The notes under the pieces were generated by a model that did not search any database, was not told the origin of the DNA, and saw nothing but the letters and a program-made list of their open reading frames with translations. Shown one piece after another: positions 39,733 to 48,563 of a DNA stretch of 64,000 nt (position 1 is the first letter of the stretch; the number at the start of each line of letters is the position of its first letter). The stretch comes from an uncultured Isosphaeraceae bacterium (GTDB lineage Bacteria; Planctomycetota; Phycisphaerae; Phycisphaerales; SM1A02). The stretch covers positions 12,867 to 76,866 of the forward strand of contig CAYLNM010000002.1 in the NCBI GenBank assembly GCA_964385045.1, in the 5' to 3' direction. Both the position numbers and the translations under genes were made by a program.

Positions 39733-40602
39733 ATGGCCGTCGTCGACGATCCGCCCGGGCCGCCCGCCGGGCTCGACCCCCGCCACGTGTGCCTCCTCGA
39801 GGAGTGGCGGCAGGCGCGCGGCGCGGCCGAGATCGCGCTGGAGTTCGAGGAGATCGCCGGCGGGACGATGGCGTGGGCCGGCCCGGGCAGCACGTGGGCC
39901 AACCAGGCCTCGGGGCTCGGGCTCCGCGGACCGGTGTCGGGCGCCGAGCTCGACCGCTTCGTGGCGTACGACCGCGATCGCGGTGCGCCGCCGACGATCG
40001 AGGTCGCCCCGTACGCCCACGCGTCCCTCGTGCACGGCCTCCGGGCCCGCGGGCTCGGGCTCCGCGAGTTCGAGCTGGTGCTCGCCACCGAGGTGATCCC
40101 CGGCGAGGACTGCCGGCGTCGCATCGCCGTCCCGCTCGACGCCGGCATCGAGGTGCGCCGCCACGAGCCGGGCGACGACGCCGCCGACGAGGCCTTCGCG
40201 CGGGTGTCGCTCAGCGGCATCGTGCCGGAGGGGACGGAGCCGGGCGACGAGGACCTCGAGACGAGCATCCGATGCCTCCGCCATCCGCGCACGATCAACG
40301 TCGGGGCGTGGGCCGGCGACCGGCTGGTGGCCGCCGGGGCGATGGAGCTCATGCTCGACGCCCCGGACGAGGCGGGCCGGCCGACGCCGGTGGCGTGCTT
40401 CCTCGCGGTCACGGTCCGGCCGGAGTTTCGCCGCCGCGGCATCCAGCAGGCACTCATGGCGGCGCGGCTGCAGGCCTGCGCGGACGCCGGCTGCCGAATC
40501 GCCTGCATCCACTCCGACCCCGCGGTCGCGACGGCCCGCAACGCCCGCCGGCTTGGATTCACCCTCGCCTACACCACGGTGACGGTGGTGGCGGACGCCT
40601 GA
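39733..40602 (+). CDS. GNAT-family N-acetyltransferase
   Basis: C-terminal acetyl-CoA motif VTVRPEFRRRGIQQALMAARLQ.....G........NARRLGF. The start is ambiguous: ATG at 39733, or an upstream GTG at 39676. Confidence 0.7.
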   Translation: MAVVDDPPGPPAGLDPRHVCLLEEWRQARGAAEIALEFEEIAGGTMAWAGPGSTWANQASGLGLRGPVSGAELDRFVAYDRDRGAPPTIEVAPYAHASLVHGLRARGLGLREFELVLATEVIPGEDCRRRIAVPLDAGIEVRRHEPGDDAADEAFARVSLSGIVPEGTEPGDEDLETSIRCLRHPRTINVGAWAGDRLVAAGAMELMLDAPDEAGRPTPVACFLAVTVRPEFRRRGIQQALMAARLQACADAGCRIACIHSDPAVATARNARRLGFTLAYTTVTVVADA

Positions 40603-40624
40603 GGCCGGCCCCCGGGGCGGGTCC

Positions 40625-41572
40625 TCACCGGTCGCCGTCGGCGTCGCTCTCGCCCTTGCCTTCGCCCTCGCCCTCGCCGAGCGCCTCCTCCGGCTGCGGC
40701 TCGTCCGGGGATCGCCCCGCCGGCTCCGACGGCGGCCCGGAGGCGACGTTGTAGGTGACCGTGACCGCGATCGCGACCAGTCCCCCGATGACGCCGAGCC
40801 CGGGACGGATGAACTCCGGCGCCGCGACCGCGAGTCGCAGCACGATCGCCGCGAACGCGAAGCCGAAGTTGCGGAAGATCACGGCCGGCACGTCGGTGAA
40901 CGCGATCGAGATCAGGGCCAGCAGCACGTCCACGAACACCAGCACCGTGAACAGGACCTCGAGCAGCTCGAGCCGCGGCTCGCCGGAGACGAGGGCCCTG
41001 AGGTCCTGCACGCACAGCACCGTCAGCACCCCGAGCATGACGAGGGCGACGAGCTTCTTCAGGTCGCGGAACCGCCGCACGCCGTCCTGGTCCTGCACGA
41101 TCGGGCGGTGTCGCTGCAGCCGGCCGAAGCACGCCGCGGTGAGGAAGAGCAGCACTGCTCCCGCGGCATCGGCCCCCATCGCGGCCACGGTGCCGAACTG
41201 GTCGGTGCTCACGACGATCGGCTCGGGCAGGCGGGCCAGCATCAGGAAGGCGTCGCGGAGGAGCACGAGGGCGTAGAGCTGGAGGTGACGCCCCACGCTG
41301 TCGGCCACCGACCGGCCGAGGGCGAGGAGCATCTCCACCACCTCGAACACCAGCAGGACGGTCACGGTCCAGGCGATGGCGTGCAGGTGGTTGGTGGGCA
41401 GCCCGGCGAAGCGGGACGGCAGCACGTCGAGGCGGCGCAGCTCGATCAGGGCGACCCCGCCGAGCAGGACCGCCACCAGGACGACGGATCGCACGAGGCG
41501 GCCCGGACGGCTCTCCCAGGCCACCTCGAACCGATCCGTCACGTCGCCGGCCCACTCGATGATCGCCCGCAT
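40625..41572 (-). CDS. Polytopic membrane protein, unknown function, acidic GE-repeat tail
   Basis: ATG at 41572. There are about 7-8 hydrophobic segments, and the C-terminus reads EALGEGEGEGKGESDADGDR. No family is recognised. Confidence 0.6.
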   Translation of the reverse strand: MRAIIEWAGDVTDRFEVAWESRPGRLVRSVVLVAVLLGGVALIELRRLDVLPSRFAGLPTNHLHAIAWTVTVLLVFEVVEMLLALGRSVADSVGRHLQLYALVLLRDAFLMLARLPEPIVVSTDQFGTVAAMGADAAGAVLLFLTAACFGRLQRHRPIVQDQDGVRRFRDLKKLVALVMLGVLTVLCVQDLRALVSGEPRLELLEVLFTVLVFVDVLLALISIAFTDVPAVIFRNFGFAFAAIVLRLAVAAPEFIRPGLGVIGGLVAIAVTVTYNVASGPPSEPAGRSPDEPQPEEALGEGEGEGKGESDADGDR

Positions 41573-41883
41573 GGGACCTCCGGCCGGACCGGAGGGCCCA
41601 CGAATGGCGGACGCTCCGATGCGACCGTCAACGGTAGCCCCGGGCGGGGATCGGTCCCCGAAGGACTTCCCCCGACGACCGCGCCGGCGATGGGGACGGG
41701 ACGCCGGGCCGGGACCGGCCACCGCCACCTCGGGAGAACCCGGAACGAAACCGCCCCACCGGCCCCTTCGAGCCTGCATCGCCGGCGGCCGGCGCGGGTA
41801 GGACCGGCACCTGTCCCGGGGATCCGTCCCCGATCACCCCACCGCCCCGCCCGGGCCCTCGCCGCCCGCCGGAGACCCCACCG

Positions 41884-44800
41884 GTGCGACCGACCCGCCT
41901 GCTGCCCTCCGCCTGCCTCGCCTGCGTCCTCGCGGCGCTGGTGGCGCTCCTGCCGACCTCCGTGCCCGCCGCCGCCGGCGGACCCTTCACCGCGATGCTC
42001 GAGGCACGGGACGCCGAGGACGACGGCGTCGAGCGGCTGACCCTCGAGGAGCTGACGCTCGAGCGGATCTTCCCGGACGACCCGATCTTCGGCCCGTCGG
42101 CCCTCGGGATGGCGTTCAGCGCCGACGGGCGGTTCGGCGCGTGGCTCTACCGCCCGCCGGCCGAGCGGCGACACGGCAACGACCTCTGGCTGCTCGACAC
42201 CGAGACGGGCGCCGTCGAGCGGCTGACGAAGGTCTCGGTGATGCGGGAGTTCCAGGCCTCGAGCCGGAAGGTGAGCGAGGACCGGATCCGCAAGGCCCGG
42301 GCGAGCCGGCGGGGCGGCGGCGACGACGCCGGCGGCGGCGGCTCCGACCGCGAGCGGCGGAACGGCGAGGACGCCCCGCCCGCCGACGACGGCCTCTCCG
42401 GCACCTGGGCCGGCACCATGACCGGCGAGGAGGAGCTCGTCGGCGAGGGCATGGAGATCGTCCTCACGCTCCGCCTCGGACGCGGCGGCCGCGTGGAGGG
42501 CACCGCCCAGACGCCGCTCGGCACCGCGACCATCACCGAGGGCCGATTCCGCGGCGGCGTGCTCGACTGCCTGATCGTCGAGCCGGAGTCCGGGATGCGG
42601 ATCCGCCTGCAGGCCCGCATCACCGGGGAGCGGCTCCGCGGCACGCTCACCGTGGAGGGCGAGGACATCGAGCTCCGGCTCACTGCCGAGCGGACCGAGG
42701 TCGGCCGCGGGATCGACGAGGAGGACGTGGACGCGGACGACGCGGACCACGGCGACGGGCGCGTTGACGAGGACGGCGACGGCGACGGCGGCGAGGGCGA
42801 CGACGAGGACGAGATCGACCTCGGCGACGTGGTCGGCGACGACGACGCCGACGACCGTCGCGCCCCCCGCTACGGCGGCATCCAGTCCTTCACATGGCAC
42901 CCCGAGGGCCACGAGCTCATCTTCACCTCCGGCGGCGACCTCTACCGCATGGACGTGCCGGCCCGAGACATCACGCGGCTGACGATGACCCAGGAGCCCG
43001 AGCGCGGCGTGCAGTGGCTGCCGGACGGCAGCGGCTACACCTACCTGCGCGGCAGCAGCATCATCCGCGTGCGCTTCGGCGACCACGTGGTCGAGCAGAT
43101 GGACCCGAACCTGCCCTCCGGCGAGTCGCTCGGGCAGTTCCGCATGAGCCCCGACGGACGATTCTTCACCTTCGTCACCACCCGCGGCACCAGCTGGTGG
43201 GGCGCGGGCCAGCAGGTGACGCTCGTGGACTACCGCGGCCGATTCGCCCGCGCCCGGCAGGTCCGCCGCCACATGCCCGGCGACCCGATCCCCGACTACG
43301 AGTGGCGGTTCTGGGTCTACGACTCCGCCGGACACCGCCACGAGCGCGGCGAGCTCGTGCAGGTCCACGCCAAGAAGCTGTCCGGACCGCGGGACCGCGT
43401 GCAGGTGCCCGAGTGGGCCCCCGACTCCAGCCGGGCCGTCTTCGCGACGTTCGACCAGGCCACGTCCATGGTCGAGATCCTCGAGACGCGGATCCCCCAG
43501 CCCGAGGCGCCGGAGGCCGGTGGCGAGGACGCGGAGGCGGAAGGCGACGGCAACGGTGCCGACGCCGCGGCCGCGGCGGACCGGGAGGCCGAGGCGGTCA
43601 AGGCCGAGCCCGCCCGCCCGATCTACCGCTTCGCCCACACCCACGGCCCGAACACCCCGGAGCGGATCCGCCCGTGGTACCTCGCCGACTCGCGGCGGGT
43701 GGTGTTCATCGCCGAGATCAGCGGCTTCCGGCACCTGCACGTCCTCGACCCGCTGTACGAGGCGCTGACGCAGATCACCCACGGCCGCTACGAGGTCTAT
43801 CCGTTCGCGATGAGCGACGACCACACGCGGCTCTTCGTGACCGCGACGAAGGAGCACCCCTCGCGCGAGGACGTGTACGAGGTCGACCTCGAGACCGGCG
43901 ACATGCGCCGTCTGAGCCTCCGCGAGGGCGTCTACGGACGGCCCGCGGTGAGCGACGACGGCCGCTGGGTCCTCGCCACCCACATCGACTTCCGGTCGCT
44001 GCGCGAGCTGCACCTGATCGACACCGAGGCCGGCAGCGATCGCGTCCTGACCGACTCGCACGACGAGGAGGCGCTCCGGCTGACCACCGAGGTCCCGGAG
44101 TACTTCACGTTCGAGAACCGGCACGGTCACGTCATCCACGGCCACATGTTCACGCCGGACGACTGGACGCCGGAGGACCGGCGGCCGCTGCTGCTGTACG
44201 TCTACGGCGGACCGCTCGGCGCGCGGAACATGATCACCCGCGGCGCGTTCAGCGCCCCGAGCTACTTCTTCGCGATGTACATGGCCCGCAAGCACGGCTG
44301 GGTGACGGCGACGGTCGACCCCCGCGGCGCCTCGGGCTTCGGCGGCGCGTTCGAGAACGCGAACTTCGAGCAGGTCGGCCGGCCGCAGGTCGAGGACCTC
44401 GTCGACGCCGCCCACTGGCTGGTCGACAATGCGGGAGTGGATCCCGACCGCATGGCGATGCACGGCTGGAGCTTCGGCGGCTTCCAGACCCAGATGGTCC
44501 TCTACACCGAGCCCGACGTCTTCGCCGCCGGCATCGCCGGGGCCGGCCCGACCGAGTGGAAGAACTACAACACCTGGTACACCACCGGCACCGTCGGCAC
44601 CCGCTGGAACGAGGACGGCATGCCCGACGGCGAGACGTACTCGCTCATCCCGCTCGCGAAGAACCTGACCGGCCGCCTGCTGCTCGTGCACGGCGTGGAG
44701 GACGCCAACGTCCTCTACCAGGACACGGTCAAGGTCTACCAGGCGCTGCTGCGGGCGGGCAAGGAGGCGCTCGTCGACCTGTTCCTCGATCCGTCCGGCG

Positions 44801-44949
44801 GCCACGGCCTCGGCGGTGACGTCAAGACGATCGGCCGCTACCGCAAGTACGAGGGCTGGCTCCTCGACGTGATCGGCAGCGGGCACGAGGACGACGAGCA
44901 CGAGCACGGCGGAGACGAGGGCGAGGCGGACGACGGCGACGACGGCTGA
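41884..44949 (+). CDS. Secreted S9-family serine peptidase (prolyl oligopeptidase/DPP-like) with propeller region and acidic inserts
   Basis: Signal peptide present. The catalytic triad context is HGWSFGG (Ser), LLLVHGVEDANV (Asp) and GGHGL (His). The N-terminal propeller-like sequence is interrupted by Asp/Gly-rich inserts. Confidence 0.85.
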   Translation: MRPTRLLPSACLACVLAALVALLPTSVPAAAGGPFTAMLEARDAEDDGVERLTLEELTLERIFPDDPIFGPSALGMAFSADGRFGAWLYRPPAERRHGNDLWLLDTETGAVERLTKVSVMREFQASSRKVSEDRIRKARASRRGGGDDAGGGGSDRERRNGEDAPPADDGLSGTWAGTMTGEEELVGEGMEIVLTLRLGRGGRVEGTAQTPLGTATITEGRFRGGVLDCLIVEPESGMRIRLQARITGERLRGTLTVEGEDIELRLTAERTEVGRGIDEEDVDADDADHGDGRVDEDGDGDGGEGDDEDEIDLGDVVGDDDADDRRAPRYGGIQSFTWHPEGHELIFTSGGDLYRMDVPARDITRLTMTQEPERGVQWLPDGSGYTYLRGSSIIRVRFGDHVVEQMDPNLPSGESLGQFRMSPDGRFFTFVTTRGTSWWGAGQQVTLVDYRGRFARARQVRRHMPGDPIPDYEWRFWVYDSAGHRHERGELVQVHAKKLSGPRDRVQVPEWAPDSSRAVFATFDQATSMVEILETRIPQPEAPEAGGEDAEAEGDGNGADAAAAADREAEAVKAEPARPIYRFAHTHGPNTPERIRPWYLADSRRVVFIAEISGFRHLHVLDPLYEALTQITHGRYEVYPFAMSDDHTRLFVTATKEHPSREDVYEVDLETGDMRRLSLREGVYGRPAVSDDGRWVLATHIDFRSLRELHLIDTEAGSDRVLTDSHDEEALRLTTEVPEYFTFENRHGHVIHGHMFTPDDWTPEDRRPLLLYVYGGPLGARNMITRGAFSAPSYFFAMYMARKHGWVTATVDPRGASGFGGAFENANFEQVGRPQVEDLVDAAHWLVDNAGVDPDRMAMHGWSFGGFQTQMVLYTEPDVFAAGIAGAGPTEWKNYNTWYTTGTVGTRWNEDGMPDGETYSLIPLAKNLTGRLLLVHGVEDANVLYQDTVKVYQALLRAGKEALVDLFLDPSGGHGLGGDVKTIGRYRKYEGWLLDVIGSGHEDDEHEHGGDEGEADDGDDG

Positions 44950-44994
44950 GGTCCGCCCCGGGGCTTGCCGGCGCGTCCTGTCGGCGGAGCGTCG

Positions 44995-45105
44995 GGCACG
45001 GCACGACACGCCGCGGCACGCCGCGGCACGACACGCCGCGGCACGGCACGACTCGGCGCGCCACGACTCGGCGCGGCACGCCGCGGCACGACACGGCGGG
45101 GCACC
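44995..45105. repeat. GGCACG-based short tandem repeat array filling a convergent intergenic region
   Basis: About 9 direct copies of GGCACG(ACAC/ACTC)G(C/G)CGC, or of the shortened GGCACGCCGC. They lie between the peptidase stop (44949) and the rnd stop (45110). Confidence 0.75.
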
Positions 45106-45109
45106 GTCC

Positions 45110-46372
45110 TCAGCCCGGGTCGGGTACGCCCGCGGTGTCGGTCCCGGCGCCTTCGGCGGGCCGCAGCGTGCCGTCGGACCATCCCGCGGCCACGCCGCGC
45201 TCGCCGCGGAGCAGCGCGGCGAGCGGCTCGCCGAGCACCTCGCGGCGCCAGCCGGGGAACAGGGCCGCCACGTCCTCGCCGCGCCGGTGGGCGAACCAGG
45301 CCCGGGCGAGGTCCTTGCGGCCCGAGACCAGTCCCGGGTCCACGCCCGCGGCCCGGCACAGGACCTGCGCCGCCGACCACGCCGAGTCGATCGCCACGCG
45401 GTCGCGGATCGTCTCCTCGCCCGTGACCCGGGCGGGAAGCTCGGAGGGATCCCGGGACTTCACCGCGGTGATCAGCGCCGCGAGCCGCTCGCCGTGGGAC
45501 TCCACGACGGGGCGCGGCATCCCCTTCAGGTCACCGAGGCGGTCGACGGTCTCCGGCATCTCCTTCGCGAGCCGGAGGATCACCTCGTCGCGCAGGAAGG
45601 CGCGAGGCGGGACGTTCCGCTCGCGGGCGGCCTCGTCGCGCAGCTGCAGCACCTCGCGCACCACCGCGACCTGCCGCGGGCGGAAGTTCCGGGTGCCGAC
45701 GATCCGCTCGGTGCGGCGATCGACGTCGAAGCCGAAGCGATCCGGGGCGACCTGCTCGTCGCACTCGGCCCGGGCCCACGCGAGGCGGCCGCGGTCCTCG
45801 AGCGCCGCCTCGATCGCCCGCCACGCGGCCACGAGGTACCGCACGTCGTCGGCGGCGTAGCCGAGGTGGGCCCGCGACAGCGGTCGCCGGTCCCAGCGGG
45901 TGAAGGTCATGCCCTTGCCGAGCTTGACGCCGAGGAAGAGGTCGACGACGGCGGCGAGGCTGAGCGGGTGCGGCAGGTCGAGGAAGGCCGCCGCGAGCTG
46001 GGTGTCGACCACGTTCACCGGCGGTCGCCCGAGCAGCCGCAGGGCCGGCTCGAGGTCCTGCTGCCCCGCGTGCACCACCACGGTCACGTCGGGATCGGCG
46101 ACGAGCTCCCAGGCGGGCGTCACGTCGAGGCTCGGGATGGGATCGAGCAGCCACAGCCGGTCGGCGGTCGCCACCTGCACGAGACAGATCCGCGGGACGT
46201 AGGTCTCCTCGCCGATGAACTCGGTGTCGAAGGCGACGCACCCGGCCGCCCGGGCCGCCTCCAGCATCGCCCCGAGCCCCGCGTCGTCCGTGACGAGCTC
46301 GGGCTCATCGGCGGGCACCAGCGGATGCTCGATCACGGGCCCCCGGGCGGGCGCACCGGCCGCCTCGGCCAT
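45110..46372 (-). CDS. rnd: Ribonuclease D
   Basis: The DEDD 3'-5' exonuclease motifs are VAFDTEFIGE, HAGQQDLE and YAADDVRYL, followed by an HRDC-like region. An in-frame GTG at 46453 would form a GTGA overlap with the upstream stop and add 27 basic residues. Confidence 0.85.
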   Translation of the reverse strand: MAEAAGAPARGPVIEHPLVPADEPELVTDDAGLGAMLEAARAAGCVAFDTEFIGEETYVPRICLVQVATADRLWLLDPIPSLDVTPAWELVADPDVTVVVHAGQQDLEPALRLLGRPPVNVVDTQLAAAFLDLPHPLSLAAVVDLFLGVKLGKGMTFTRWDRRPLSRAHLGYAADDVRYLVAAWRAIEAALEDRGRLAWARAECDEQVAPDRFGFDVDRRTERIVGTRNFRPRQVAVVREVLQLRDEAARERNVPPRAFLRDEVILRLAKEMPETVDRLGDLKGMPRPVVESHGERLAALITAVKSRDPSELPARVTGEETIRDRVAIDSAWSAAQVLCRAAGVDPGLVSGRKDLARAWFAHRRGEDVAALFPGWRREVLGEPLAALLRGERGVAAGWSDGTLRPAEGAGTDTAGVPDPG

Positions 46373-46449
46373 GGCCTCGTCGTGACGACGACTGCGCCAG
46401 TCCTTGCGGGTGCGCCGTCGCCGCTTCCTGCCGCCTCCACCGGTCGCGC

Positions 46450-47211
46450 TCACGCGTGGGCTCCGTGGTCGTCGGGATCCGCGGCCGCCGGGCCGAGGGC
46501 GAGCACGAGCTCGACCTCCCCGAGCGGCGCGTCGAGCTCGCGGGCGATGCGACGGGGATCGAGGCCGGACGCCGAGAGCTCGTGGATGCGGGCCGCGAGG
46601 CGCCGCCGGTCCTCGGGCCGCGGCGCCTCGTCGCCCGGGGCCGGCCGCACCGAGGGCGGGACGTGCCGCGCGGGGACGGGCTCCGGGTCGACGGGCTCGT
46701 CGTCGCCGCCCGCGGCCCGGCCGGCGCCGCCGCCCGCCTCGAGCCGGGCGATCCGGGCGTCGGCATCCTCGAGCAGTCGCTCGAGCCGCGCCGCCCGGCC
46801 GTCGAGCATCGCGGCGAGCTCGGTGGCGGCGGCCACGGGATCCACGACGCCCTCGGCCGGCCCGGACGGCCGCGTCGAACGCTCCCGGGCCGCGGCGTCC
46901 TGCTTCAGCCGCTCGAGGCGCTCGCGCGGGGATGCGTCCTCCTCCGGCGACGCGGCCCCCCGCCGCCGCAGGGCCCGGAGCGACACGAAGACGAGGACCA
47001 CCACGCCTGCGGCCATGAGGATCTGGGGCAGGGTCGGGCCCGGGTCGGCGGTCTCGAACGCCCCCGGGGCCGTCCCGGCTCCGTCGGACGGGGGCGCGGG
47101 CACGCCGGCCACGGCGCGACCCGCGGTCGCGATGAGGGGCGAGGCGGCGAGGACGACCCGGAGGGCGGCCGCGCGGGCCGCGCCGGGCGGCGGTGGTCGG
47201 AGGAGGACCAT
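46450..47211 (-). CDS. Hypothetical membrane-anchored protein with coiled coil and C-terminal HTH-like segment
   Basis: There is one TM segment (ILMAAGVVVLVFVSL) and a helical region. The C-terminal IHELSASGLDPRRIARELDAPLGEVELVLAL resembles the DUF2802 / sigma region-4-like HTH. Family assignment is tentative. Confidence 0.55.
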   Translation of the reverse strand: MVLLRPPPPGAARAAALRVVLAASPLIATAGRAVAGVPAPPSDGAGTAPGAFETADPGPTLPQILMAAGVVVLVFVSLRALRRRGAASPEEDASPRERLERLKQDAAARERSTRPSGPAEGVVDPVAAATELAAMLDGRAARLERLLEDADARIARLEAGGGAGRAAGGDDEPVDPEPVPARHVPPSVRPAPGDEAPRPEDRRRLAARIHELSASGLDPRRIARELDAPLGEVELVLALGPAAADPDDHGAHA

Positions 47212-48470
47212 CGGTCACGGCATGGTACCGTCTCGTCGTGACCGCCCCGCCCTCCCGCGACCCCGCGGCCCCGCCCGGCGGCCGCGCGGCGTCCCGCACG
47301 CCCGGCGACGGCCCGGAGCCGGCGGTGCCGACGGTGCCCCTGCCGCTGCGCCGCCACCCGCTGCCGCGGGAGCTCGCCCTCGGGCTGGAGCGACGGCTGC
47401 GCGGACGCGTGCCCGGCGGCGGCCGCGAGCCCGCGATCGTGGCCGCGAGCGGCGGGCCCGACAGCACCGCGCTGCTCCTCGCCGCCGCAGTGCTCGCCGG
47501 TCGACGCCGCCGGCCGTGGCCGGTGCCGCTCGTCGTCCACGTCCATCATCATCTCCGCGGGGCGGACGCCGACGCCGACGCCGCGCACGTCGCGGCGCTC
47601 GCCCGCGCGCTCGGCCTCCCCTTCCGGCGGGCCGACGTCCACCCCGGCGCGGAGCCCGGCAACCTCGCCGCCGCCGCCCGCCGGCTGCGCTACGCCGCGC
47701 TCGGCCGCGCGGCCCGGGACGCGGGTCGCCGGGTCGTCCTCACCGGCCACCACGCGGGCGATCAGCTGGAGACGATCCTGCTCCGCCTCGCCCGCGGGGC
47801 GGCGCCCGATCGTCTGGCGATGCCCGGGGTCCGTCCGCTGACGGAGACGCCGGACCGCGGCGGGGCCGCTCCCACCGCGGCCCCGCCGCGACCGGTTCGG
47901 CCGCTGCTGGTCCGGCCGCTGCTCGAGACGGATCCCGAGCGGCTGGCCTCGGCGTGCGCCGCCGCCGGCGTGCGCCCCCGCGAGGACCCCGGCAACCGCG
48001 ACCGGCGCCGTCCGCGGGCCCGCCTCCGATCCGAGGTGCTGCCGGTGCTGGAGGCGATCGCCCCGGGGGCTGCGACGCGGGCCGCGGCGGCGTTCCGCGA
48101 CCCGCCGTGCCCGCGGGATCCGGTCGCCGCGCGGGGCGGCCAGGGGCCGCTCTCGGTGCACGACCGGGCGGCGCTCGCGGCCCGGCCGCTCCGCGAGCGG
48201 TCGGCCCTGCTCCGCGGCGAGGCCGTCCGCCTCGCTCCCGCCGCCGCCGACCGCCTCCCCCGCCGCGTGGTCGAGCTCGTGGCCGAGGCCGCGGCCGACG
48301 GCGTGCGGGCGCCGCGTCGCTGGGACTGGCCGGCGGGCCTCCGCGTGCGGCTGGACGCCCACCGGCTCGAGCTCACGGTCGCATCCGCCCCCCCGCCGAC
48401 GACGCCGCCCCCATGCCCGCCCGGGGCGACCCCCGAGTCCACCGCTCGATTCCCGGACGTGTCGCGGTAG
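47193..48470 (+). CDS. tilS: tRNA(Ile)-lysidine synthetase
   Basis: PP-loop motif VAASGGPDSTALL, then HVHHHLRG.DAD.DAAHV, and LTGHHAGDQLETILLRLARG. The start is either GTG 47193, which overlaps the divergent gene by 19 nt, or GTG 47238. Confidence 0.85.
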   Translation: MVGGGPSVTAWYRLVVTAPPSRDPAAPPGGRAASRTPGDGPEPAVPTVPLPLRRHPLPRELALGLERRLRGRVPGGGREPAIVAASGGPDSTALLLAAAVLAGRRRRPWPVPLVVHVHHHLRGADADADAAHVAALARALGLPFRRADVHPGAEPGNLAAAARRLRYAALGRAARDAGRRVVLTGHHAGDQLETILLRLARGAAPDRLAMPGVRPLTETPDRGGAAPTAAPPRPVRPLLVRPLLETDPERLASACAAAGVRPREDPGNRDRRRPRARLRSEVLPVLEAIAPGAATRAAAAFRDPPCPRDPVAARGGQGPLSVHDRAALAARPLRERSALLRGEAVRLAPAAADRLPRRVVELVAEAAADGVRAPRRWDWPAGLRVRLDAHRLELTVASAPPPTTPPPCPPGATPESTARFPDVSR

Positions 48471-48473
48471 ACT
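48468..48473 (+). promoter_or_regulatory. Candidate -10 hexamer TAGACT upstream of the TlpA-like gene
   Basis: gcggTAGACTcgggtc lies 91 nt upstream of the ATG at 48564. Its TAG is also the tilS stop codon, so this occurrence may be coincidental. Confidence 0.3.
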
Positions 48474-48563
48474 CGGGTCCGGCGGACCTCGGCGCGAACG
48501 GCCCGCCCGCCGACGACGGCCCCTCACCCGCGCCGGCGTCCTTTCCCGACACGGAGCACCCCC

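Noticed and set aside
39570-40602. tRNA-Leu followed by a GNAT gene, considered as the edge of an integrated genomic island.
   Set aside because: I saw no integrase, no direct repeat of the tRNA 3' end, and no compositional shift by eye. The flanking genes look like ordinary chromosomal genes.
44995-45105. Possible CRISPR array.
   Set aside because: The repeat units are only 10-15 bp and directly abut one another, with no unique spacers. No cas genes are in the window.
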